Source: a virus (Duplodnaviria > Caudoviricetes). From it: 64,000 bases of DNA. Shown here piece by piece: positions 1 to 7,699 of this stretch. Position 1 is the stretch's first letter; every line of letters starts with the position of its first letter. The notes beneath the pieces were generated by a model. The model did not search any database. It was not told the origin of the DNA and worked only from the letters and a program-made list of their open reading frames with translations. The translations under genes and the position numbers were made by a program. The stretch is from positions 6,955 to 70,954 of IMG/VR virus record IMGVR_UViG_2565956925_000004. One strand, given 5' to 3'.

Positions 1-6
1 GCTCGT

Positions 7-975
7 TTGTTATTTATCGGGCTATGGATACTAGCAGACCGTGAAGGTCGTTTAGAAAATCGACCTAAGAAAATCAAAATGTCTTTATTTCCTGCAGACG
101 ATATAAACGTTGCAGAACAGTTAGAGAACATTTCGAAGTTCGGTTTTATCGAGTTATACAACGCGGATGGTATTGATGTTATCCAAATCGTTAACTTTGT
201 TAAGCATCAAAACCCACACGGCCTAGAGAAAGATAGTGAACTACCAAACCGTAATGGTATCTATACTGTGTACTATCGTAATCCCAAAAACAAAACGATT
301 GTAGGAAAGCCAATTCAGTTAAATAAGAATGATTTGAAGCATTTTTACGATAAAACAGGTCCATTTGCCCCTCAAAATACTGGTTCTGCTGTTGAAAACA
401 GTTATCAAGATAACGAATCGAATCAATCAAACACTAATGGGAACGCACAAGAACAGTTAGATAACGGTTCTAACACTGTTTCTATCTCAGACCAAAACGC
501 CCTGAATCCTGAATCCTTTAATCTGAATCCTGATTCACTGAATCCTGAATCCTTTAATCAGAATCCAGAAGGTAATAACAACTCCGCCGTTTGCGTAGTT
601 GATTCATCGACTCAAGCAAAATTTAGTTTCAAGAGTGCTTTGAAAAAAAATGGTGTACCTGAGAAAGACGCTGCTGAGTTCTTGCAAGTTCGTAAAGCGA
701 AGAAAGCTCAGAATACCGAAAACGCTTTTGACGCACTTTTGAATGAAGCCCTAAAAGCAGGAATCACCCTTCAGGAAGCCGTTGAATATTGTTTGAAAAG
801 ACAAAATCCATGGGGAGCATTCAAAGCTTCTTGGTACCAAAACGAAAATCCCGAAATGACTACTGGTCATGAGCAAAACCATCAATCATTACCACGCAAC
901 GTAAATGAACAATGGGGAGCACCAAAACAATATGAACCAGTAACTCACACAGAAGTGAAGGGTGGATTGATATGA
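7..975 (+). CDS. Phage replication initiator protein (5' end probably outside the window)
   Basis: N-terminal LFIGLW..ADREGRLE.RP..IK..LFP segment typical of phage replisome organizers; LNPES repeat linker; directly upstream of a DnaC-like ATPase. Confidence 0.75.
   Translation: MLFIGLWILADREGRLENRPKKIKMSLFPADDINVAEQLENISKFGFIELYNADGIDVIQIVNFVKHQNPHGLEKDSELPNRNGIYTVYYRNPKNKTIVGKPIQLNKNDLKHFYDKTGPFAPQNTGSAVENSYQDNESNQSNTNGNAQEQLDNGSNTVSISDQNALNPESFNLNPDSLNPESFNQNPEGNNNSAVCVVDSSTQAKFSFKSALKKNGVPEKDAAEFLQVRKAKKAQNTENAFDALLNEALKAGITLQEAVEYCLKRQNPWGAFKASWYQNENPEMTTGHEQNHQSLPRNVNEQWGAPKQYEPVTHTEVKGGLI
502..559 (+). repeat. 22-bp direct repeat CTGAATCCTGAATCCTTTAATC (502-523, 538-559) within a GAATCC-rich tract; candidate origin region
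   Basis: Identical 22-mers read directly; lies inside the initiator gene, where lambdoid origins lie. Confidence 0.6.
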
Positions 976-1736
976 ACGCAATGCCTCAGAAATTGGATTA
1001 TAAAATTACCCAAACAAATCAGATTTGTACGATACACAATCAACACATGATCAATGTTCACGGTCGAATCGTTTGCCAGTCATGTGTTGAGGAAACCATG
1101 CAGCAGTCAAATGAAAAATATGAAAGTGAAAAGAACAAACGTATTTTGACTTTAAAAATGGCTCGAGCTGGTATTCCTAAAAGACATGTAAATAGCGGCT
1201 TTAGTAACTATGCGGTCAGTCACAAAGGACAAGACAAAGCTCGTAAAACTTGTGAAAAATTCACTATGGATTTCAATGCACGAGTTTTTAGAAATTTACT
1301 TCTTGTTGGTCGCACTGGTACGGGTAAAACCCATCTTGGTTCATCAATTCTGAAAAATATCATCATTAAAAACTGGGAAGCTATTTACATCACGTCTGCA
1401 GACCTAGCTGAAGATATCGCTGGTGCTTATCGCCGTAGCGGTGATAGTGAAGATGAAGCGCTAAAACGCTATGTGAAAAAAGATTTATTAATTATTGACG
1501 AATACGGTTTACATGACCGTGCTGAAAAACGTCCTCAACTGCTTGAGAGTGTTCATAAGGTTCTACTCACTCGTTATGACGAGTTGAAGCCAACAGTAGT
1601 GATTTCAAACCTAAGTCTTTCTGAGGTCCGCGAAGATCTTGGGGATCGACTATGGTCAAGATTTCAGCATGATGGCTTAGATATTGTGGAATGTGATTGG
1701 GATGATGCTCGTATAGGTGGAGGTAAAGCACAGTGA
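972..1736 (+). CDS. DnaC/IstB-like AAA+ helicase loader
   Basis: Cys/His Zn-like N-terminus (CTIH..CQSC), Walker A GRTGTGKT, Walker B LLIIDE, PTVVISNL, LGDRLWSR. Confidence 0.9.
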   Translation: MNAMPQKLDYKITQTNQICTIHNQHMINVHGRIVCQSCVEETMQQSNEKYESEKNKRILTLKMARAGIPKRHVNSGFSNYAVSHKGQDKARKTCEKFTMDFNARVFRNLLLVGRTGTGKTHLGSSILKNIIIKNWEAIYITSADLAEDIAGAYRRSGDSEDEALKRYVKKDLLIIDEYGLHDRAEKRPQLLESVHKVLLTRYDELKPTVVISNLSLSEVREDLGDRLWSRFQHDGLDIVECDWDDARIGGGKAQ

Positions 1737-2260
1737 ACGCATTTGTTGATATGAAAAAATCGGAATACGCATTAGTTGCTTACTCAAACGTTGCAGCTAA
1801 ATCAAAAGAGCGTAAAGCTTTAGAAAAAGCAGTTAAAAAATGGTTAAAAAAACCAGGTAATAAAATTAAAAAAATTACCTCTGATGAAGTTGAAATTATT
1901 GCAGTTACTCATGGTACAGCATCAACGTATAAACGAATGGGTTGCCGTTGTGAAATTTGTGTTACTTGGGCCATTTCATCAGGTTTTGTAAAAACGAAGC
2001 CGAAGTCTGAAATAAAACGTGGTCCAGATGAGCGTCAATTGCGTATACAGGCACAAAAACAAGGTTTAGATAGGTTTGCTCAGGTATTTAAAGAAGACTG
2101 GCAGTTACTAGCATTTGAGATCGGGTACGCGATTACAGCTTTTCAACTTGAACGGGTTTATCAAGGTAAGTCTGAAATTAATCAATATTTCACATGGAAG
2201 TATGTGAAGAAAGTTGCTGACCAATTAGTTACTGAAAAGTTAAAAGCTGATAGGGGGTAA
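1733..2260 (+). CDS. Hypothetical protein with HG...GCRCEIC Zn-binding motif
   Basis: ORF overlapping the loader stop codon; HGTASTYKRMGCRCEIC. Confidence 0.6.
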   Translation: MNAFVDMKKSEYALVAYSNVAAKSKERKALEKAVKKWLKKPGNKIKKITSDEVEIIAVTHGTASTYKRMGCRCEICVTWAISSGFVKTKPKSEIKRGPDERQLRIQAQKQGLDRFAQVFKEDWQLLAFEIGYAITAFQLERVYQGKSEINQYFTWKYVKKVADQLVTEKLKADRG

Positions 2261-2349
2261 ATTTATTAATTAAGTTTAAAATAAGCTCTTCTTTTGAAGA
2301 GCTTTATAGAAGGTATACTGCACAAGATAATTTAAATTGGTTTACATAT

Positions 2350-3006
2350 ATGTTAATTCTTGAACAATTTAAGCAAGCAGATCTTTCTGAAAAAATTGCT
2401 GCATTCACGAGTACAGTTATTTTGATTGGTATTTCTTATAAATTAGGATACTACTTTACTAAATCATTAGATAGTTTATGGATAATTCAGTTTTTTAATA
2501 TTTTTGATTTGGCATACGCTTCATTAAGACTGCTAATTTTATATTTTTTAATTCTTGTATTACATGACAAAGTTTTTGTAAAAGGTAGTGGAGAAAGAAA
2601 TATTATTAAATTTGGAATTGGACTAATGATAATATGTCTTTACTATATATACGAAATAATAACTGAAAAAGTTGCTTTTGGTTTTTTCTTTTCAGTATCT
2701 CTTTTTTTTGGAATTTTTTTTGCATTTTCAATGTACAATACTAGAGATTTTGTGAAATATATAAGTATAACGTTCTTGATTGTAGTCATTCCTTTTCTAC
2801 AGGGTATTTCGGATATCCAAAAAAATATACATCGTGCCGATTTACCAAAAGTTTTAATTAAGGAAAGCAAGCCAAATGAGGATTGGAGATTTTTGGATAA
2901 GGCAAATGATAAATTAATACTACTTAACCAGAACAACCCAAAAGAAATTAAAATTGTTGGAATGGATGAAGCCAAAAAATTCACAAATAGTAGAAATATA
3001 AAATGA
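2350..3006 (+). CDS. AT-rich multi-pass membrane protein (moron)
   Basis: About 5 hydrophobic segments plus a soluble C-terminal domain; similar to 29526-30248. Confidence 0.75.
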   Translation: MLILEQFKQADLSEKIAAFTSTVILIGISYKLGYYFTKSLDSLWIIQFFNIFDLAYASLRLLILYFLILVLHDKVFVKGSGERNIIKFGIGLMIICLYYIYEIITEKVAFGFFFSVSLFFGIFFAFSMYNTRDFVKYISITFLIVVIPFLQGISDIQKNIHRADLPKVLIKESKPNEDWRFLDKANDKLILLNQNNPKEIKIVGMDEAKKFTNSRNIK

Positions 3007-3043
3007 GTGTTAAGATCATATATTAATAAAACTGAGCAAATAA

Positions 3044-3259
3044 ATGAAAATATGTATTGGCGGTGATCTCGACGGACAGGTTGTTGAGAAAGATGTTTAT
3101 TCATTTAAAGCTGCTGAAATTGATCCAGAGAAAAAGTCAGAGTATTTCATTCAAAGTTATATTCTTGGAGATAAGCGATTAAGGTTTTGGATTTGTTTTG
3201 ATATAGATTTTCATGAAACCTCACAAATCGTTGAAAAAATGATGAGAACAAAACATTAA
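3044..3259 (+). CDS. Small hypothetical phage protein
   Basis: ORF with N-terminal CIGGDLDG motif common in small phage proteins. Confidence 0.6.
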   Translation: MKICIGGDLDGQVVEKDVYSFKAAEIDPEKKSEYFIQSYILGDKRLRFWICFDIDFHETSQIVEKMMRTKH

Positions 3260-3267
3260 AAAATATA

Positions 3268-3368
3268 TTGATTAGATACGATTTATATTTTATATTATGT
3301 GAACTAGTTATCGCTTTAGTTTTTGTAAGTTTATAGTCCGCAACTTCCCCAAGGTGCGGACTTTTTTT
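3268..3368 (+). ncRNA. Candidate ~65-nt small RNA with sigma70-like promoter and intrinsic terminator
   Basis: TTGATT(3268)-N17-TATATT(3291); no ORF; hairpin GTCCGCA...TGCGGAC plus T-run ending about 3368, with a CTTCCCC loop. Confidence 0.35.
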
Positions 3369-3372
3369 AATA

Positions 3373-4863
3373 TTAAATTATAGTTAATCTAGCTAAATTA
3401 TATTTTTTTAATACCTCATAGTTAGTTAATTCTTTTAATTGCAAAAATCCAGCCCCATTTCTCCATTGGGGAAGATATACCTCTCCCCAACCACCAGCAT
3501 CTTTACTTTCATAGATAGTTTCAATAAAGCTTAAATCTTCAAATTTAAATAATTTAACAAGCTCATCATATTTAGATTTTTTTTCAGCCTTAGAAAAAAT
3601 TGTTAATGGGCGGGGTCTCCAACCTTTATTAAGTGCTAAATGAGGCCACCACATTATATGTGTTTTACTTTCTATAATTGTTATTGCAGCTGATTTAAGA
3701 TAAAGAATTATATCTATATCAACTAAATCATCAAAAGTCACAATTTCGTTATCAATATTTAATTTTAGAAATTCACTAATAGGTTCAATTTTATCTGGGT
3801 AAATTCTTTTAAGATAATTAAGACATTCTGAAGGTGCGAAAATCTCAAAACTTGTAGAACGTTCCCTAGAGTGAACTTTTAAATGCTTTGGAGAGTAGAT
3901 ATAAATTTCTTCAAGTAAATCTTCTATAGCTGAAAGTTCATCATTTTTTAGATAGACTGCTAATGTGGAAGTAAATATTTGATAAATAATTGATTCAAAA
4001 AGTGAAATATTTGCTATGGAGTATGATTCATTAGGTTCAACTTCTAAAAACTTTAAAGATAATTCTAGAAATTTTTTAAAATGTTTAAAATGTTTTTGAT
4101 CAGGGGCGTGGATACATAAAGAATTTAACAGGTGTTTATATTCTCTTATATGTGGTTGAACTAAATTAAAGTTTTTTAGAAGTGCTTTTGAAGCAAGTTC
4201 TTCATCATTTTCAGTAATAATTAATTTATCTAACTCACTTAGAAACTTATAAAGATAAGTATTGATTAAACCGCTAATATTCGATTTGCCTTTTTCGATT
4301 GCATCTAAAGCAAAACGGTATTCAGTATTAGTTCGTAAGGAAGTATCATTGGCATCTTCAGTTATGTAACTAGGTCTTTGACCTGATCTCTTTGGACGCT
4401 CATATTCAAATCTTCCATATATCCAACGGACAAGTTGTTCAAATTGATTTGGAAAGTTATCTGAGTCAGATAGGTCTAAATATATTCTACTTGAGTAAAA
4501 TACAGGTGGTTTTGCCCCAGGTTCAGCGATAACTGCAACAATATCTTTAGTTTCTTTTCTAGAGTAAAGTTCTTGAGATAGAATTGTTGATTCTGTTCCA
4601 ACACCACCTGATCGATTATTTGCTCTTTCTGTATACTTTTGATCAATAACCATAATAATTTTAGTAATACTTGGATCTAAAACCATGCCCTCCATGAACG
4701 CTATTGAATCTTGTCCAGGTCTTAAATCCCATTTATCAAAAATTACATGTATATCTGCATCGTGAAGAGAATGAGCTAATTCATCTACCCATTTTTCATG
4801 CTCTGGTGTGGTCCAGCTATATGAAATAAATACTTTTGGTTTTTGATCATGTATTTCAGTCAT
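3373..4863 (-). CDS. SEFIR/TIR-domain protein, probable anti-phage defence moron
   Basis: KVFISYSW..EH..WV..LA..L...DKWDL.PGQD...FME...GGVGTE N-terminal domain; AT-rich; opposite strand to its neighbours. Confidence 0.85.
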   Translation of the reverse strand: MTEIHDQKPKVFISYSWTTPEHEKWVDELAHSLHDADIHVIFDKWDLRPGQDSIAFMEGMVLDPSITKIIMVIDQKYTERANNRSGGVGTESTILSQELYSRKETKDIVAVIAEPGAKPPVFYSSRIYLDLSDSDNFPNQFEQLVRWIYGRFEYERPKRSGQRPSYITEDANDTSLRTNTEYRFALDAIEKGKSNISGLINTYLYKFLSELDKLIITENDEELASKALLKNFNLVQPHIREYKHLLNSLCIHAPDQKHFKHFKKFLELSLKFLEVEPNESYSIANISLFESIIYQIFTSTLAVYLKNDELSAIEDLLEEIYIYSPKHLKVHSRERSTSFEIFAPSECLNYLKRIYPDKIEPISEFLKLNIDNEIVTFDDLVDIDIILYLKSAAITIIESKTHIMWWPHLALNKGWRPRPLTIFSKAEKKSKYDELVKLFKFEDLSFIETIYESKDAGGWGEVYLPQWRNGAGFLQLKELTNYEVLKKYNLARLTII

Positions 4864-4979
4864 TTTAAGTTATCTTGAAAATTAGAAGTTGTGATTAATT
4901 GTGAATAATTCACTATAAAAGAAAATAAAATTTAATCAATTTATATATAACAACTAAATTTAAAATTCATTTTTATGAT

Positions 4980-5042
4980 TGGAACTGTATCGAACGGCAC
5001 AATAACATTTAATAAATAATCATTTAGATAAAATTTAAATGA
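4980..5042 (+). promoter_or_regulatory. GGAAC-N30 late-promoter-like element, copy 1
   Basis: GGAAC 4981-4985, ATAAT 5016-5020, hairpin TCATTTA/TAAATGA before ATG 5053. Confidence 0.7.
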
Positions 5043-5052
5043 GTTTTTCCGA

Positions 5053-5742
5053 ATGTCATCACGTTCAAAACGCCGTCAGTGGAGTGAATTTTTCTCTAAT
5101 AATAAAAGACAGGAACTCTTTAAGGATTTCAGTGTTTCAACAGGTAATAACAAAGTTAAAAAGCAAAAAACTAGCTCATCTAAACATGTGCTTTTCCCGT
5201 GCCATGTTGAAAAAGAAAATGACGGTGAAAATAGTATATATAGGGGAACCACAGGCGGTGTTATCATTTCTGGTAAGCAATACATCACAATCAAATTGCC
5301 TTATGGATTAAGCGCTAACGAGATTTGGCGGGCTACAATTGATCAGAATGGAAAGCAAAGAAATAGTCTTTCATTAGGTGCTAAAAAGTATAAAGACAAG
5401 GTTCAAAAACAATATGGACCTATGTTTAGAGCACTTAAGTTAAAAGCTATCGATCAACTTTGTGAAATACGGTTAATTGTTCAACCACCACTTAAAACTC
5501 GTTCTTACAGTGCTAAGACATATCCACGATTTGATATTGATAACTATCCCAAACTTATTATTGATAGTGTCAAAGGTGATGGCTTGTTATTCAAAGACGA
5601 CAATATTTTCATAAGTGAACAAATTAAGCTGGCAGAACCATGTGAAGACGGTTGTGTCTGGCTTTCTTGTGTTTTTACAGATGAAACTGATTGGTTATCT
5701 AAAACTGTAGATTTTGATTGGTTAGCTGGGAGAAGCATTTAA
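5053..5742 (+). CDS. rusA: RusA-family Holliday junction resolvase with N-terminal extension
   Basis: LPYGLSANEIWR, DIDNYPKLIIDS..G...DD acidic motifs. Confidence 0.8.
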   Translation: MSSRSKRRQWSEFFSNNKRQELFKDFSVSTGNNKVKKQKTSSSKHVLFPCHVEKENDGENSIYRGTTGGVIISGKQYITIKLPYGLSANEIWRATIDQNGKQRNSLSLGAKKYKDKVQKQYGPMFRALKLKAIDQLCEIRLIVQPPLKTRSYSAKTYPRFDIDNYPKLIIDSVKGDGLLFKDDNIFISEQIKLAEPCEDGCVWLSCVFTDETDWLSKTVDFDWLAGRSI

Positions 5743-6429
5743 ATGGCGAAAAAGAGCGATTTGCAACGTCGAGTACTTATCGGTAGAAAACTTGCAATGG
5801 CGCGTGACATGGCTCAATTACGTCAAGAAGACGTAGCATTAGAAATATTCGGAACACCTCATAAGAATCGAATGAGTGAAATCGAAAATGGTAAGTTAAT
5901 GCCAGATGCAGAATTATTATCTGTGCTATGCCAAAAATATGGTGTGTCTTCTGATTGGGTACTTGGATTTACTGTTGAGCCAGAGCTAGATAAAACTGCT
6001 TCTGTAGCAGGTATTTTGTTTAATAGTCTTGGCGATATGATGAGTGAATATACTCAAGCCATGGCTTTTCAATTAAGCATGGCCGCTGCACAGCACATAA
6101 CGTCATTTCCAAAAGCTTTAACAGTACAGTTACTAACTGCTTCAAAAGAGCTTATTCAGGCTTGTTTATCTCAAGACCAATCTATTCAAGACAGAGTATT
6201 ACCTGAATTACAAGCTTTAATGCTTATTGTTCGTGAATGTGAACAAAATAGAGCTAAACAGATCCGTAACCTAGAAATGGCTATTGATGATGTTTTCCAG
6301 CGTGACGAAAACGATTTAAAGGAAAAGGCATTGATTGACCTTATTCAAAATAAAAAGCGTTTTAGTAAGGCTTCTTTACAGCAACAAGCTATAGCGGAAG
6401 TAAAACAAATAGGTCTATTTACAGAGTAA
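5743..6429 (+). CDS. XRE-family HTH transcriptional regulator
   Basis: IGRKL..AR....LRQEDVA...MSEIENGK..P...L..L...YGVS.DWVLG. Confidence 0.85.
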   Translation: MAKKSDLQRRVLIGRKLAMARDMAQLRQEDVALEIFGTPHKNRMSEIENGKLMPDAELLSVLCQKYGVSSDWVLGFTVEPELDKTASVAGILFNSLGDMMSEYTQAMAFQLSMAAAQHITSFPKALTVQLLTASKELIQACLSQDQSIQDRVLPELQALMLIVRECEQNRAKQIRNLEMAIDDVFQRDENDLKEKALIDLIQNKKRFSKASLQQQAIAEVKQIGLFTE

Positions 6430-6442
6430 TGGATAGACACAA

Positions 6443-7270
6443 ATGGCACGCAAGATTGAATATTCGGAAGAAATTTGGAACCGACTAAAAGAAGTCTATG
6501 AATCTTCACCTAAGATTACATGGCAAGGTTTAGTTGATCATGTTGGTGAAGAGCTCGGTTGTGAGATGCCTTCACCATCAGTAGTACGCCGTAAAGCACT
6601 TGCTGAAAAATGGAAAAAGAAAGCTAAATCTCTAGTCAAAAAGACTGCCCGAGAACTCAATAAAGAGATTAAAAAATTGACCAATAAAAACAATGGTCAA
6701 GATGAGTCACAAGATTCTGAAAATAAAGAAAAAAGTAATAGTCAAAATTCAGTCAAAAAAACGTCAAATATTGCTGAATTTAATAGTCAAAACTCAAAAA
6801 ATAACAGTCAAAGCAACGGCGGTAGTTCTTCGGTCAATGAGAACTATTTAAAGTCCGCATTAGTTGTGAAAAATAACCGTATAAGAGCTCACAAATTAGG
6901 TGAGTTAATTACCGATACAATCGACAGTGTTATTCATATTAGAGATGAAGTACTTAATCTGAATAATCCAACTGAAGATGAATTGGCGCTGGTAAAGTTT
7001 AAAATGGGCTTGATTATTCAAGTGGTTGATTTGAACGTTAAACAAAGTATCAGCATTTCTAACATTGCTCGAACTGAGGCAATGTTCTGGGGATTAGATG
7101 TAGATGATCTTAAAGATCAGTCAGAAGTTCAAGCACGGCGTAGTTCTGTTATTTCGGGTGCTGAAGAAAGAATGGCAATCGCAAAAGCAAATATGAAAAA
7201 GAACAAAGAAGAAGCGTTTATGCGTAAACTCGCCCTCATAGAAGCTGGTGAAATTGAACCAGAAGATTAA
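6443..7270 (+). CDS. Putative terminase small subunit / HTH DNA-binding protein
   Basis: N-terminal W..LKEVYES...SVVRRKALAEKWKK helix-turn-helix resembling TerS N-termini; coiled C-terminus. Confidence 0.45.
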   Translation: MARKIEYSEEIWNRLKEVYESSPKITWQGLVDHVGEELGCEMPSPSVVRRKALAEKWKKKAKSLVKKTARELNKEIKKLTNKNNGQDESQDSENKEKSNSQNSVKKTSNIAEFNSQNSKNNSQSNGGSSSVNENYLKSALVVKNNRIRAHKLGELITDTIDSVIHIRDEVLNLNNPTEDELALVKFKMGLIIQVVDLNVKQSISISNIARTEAMFWGLDVDDLKDQSEVQARRSSVISGAEERMAIAKANMKKNKEEAFMRKLALIEAGEIEPED

Positions 7271-7350
7271 TAAATTAAAAAATATTAGTTTTTTTTCAGA
7301 GTTAATATCAGGTGCTTACTATAATGTAGAAAACACTAAAACTTAAGGAG

Positions 7351-7623
7351 ATGTTCAATATGTCATCTAGCATTACAGCAGCTGATGCGGCAAAAATCGC
7401 GGGTTCAAAAGTATTATCAGTCGAAGCTATTATTGATCAGATGAATGATCAAATTATTAAGGATACTCTAGTTGGTAATAGACTTAGTAGTTTAACTTAT
7501 CAAAAGGTAACAGCTGATATCACTAAGTTAGAAGAAGTCAGAATTTTATTTGAAAAATTAGGATATCAGGTAAAAATTATTACAGATAGTCCAATTGTAA
7601 ATACCATTCAAGTTCAATTCTAA
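7351..7623 (+). CDS. Small hypothetical protein
   Basis: ORF with AAGGAG RBS. Confidence 0.65.
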   Translation: MFNMSSSITAADAAKIAGSKVLSVEAIIDQMNDQIIKDTLVGNRLSSLTYQKVTADITKLEEVRILFEKLGYQVKIITDSPIVNTIQVQF

Positions 7624-7629
7624 ACCTTA

Positions 7630-7694
7630 GGAACTTGCTTACGCTTTAAAATTTAAAAATTGCCAAAATGCCCTATATCAGTATAGGGCATTTT
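7630..7694 (+). promoter_or_regulatory. GGAAC-N30 element, copy 2
   Basis: GGAAC 7630-7634, AAAAT 7665-7669, 13-bp hairpin AAAATGCCCTATA-tcag-TATAGGGCATTTT before ATG 7700. Confidence 0.8.
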
Positions 7695-7699
7695 TTGTT

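Noticed and set aside
2643-3104. Antisense ORFs over the membrane genes (also 29927-30259) and over the tape-measure gene (8419-8751)
   Set aside because: Fully overlap better-supported genes; composition reflects the antisense of biased codons
5039-5311. 90-aa alternative-frame ORF over the rusA 5' part
   Set aside because: Its start lies in the hairpin arm with no clear RBS and it has no recognisable motif; cannot be supported, though not formally excluded
7630-7660. GGAACTT read as a sigmaE (ECF) -35 element
   Set aside because: No conserved element 16-17 bp downstream across copies; the conserved box is 30 bp away
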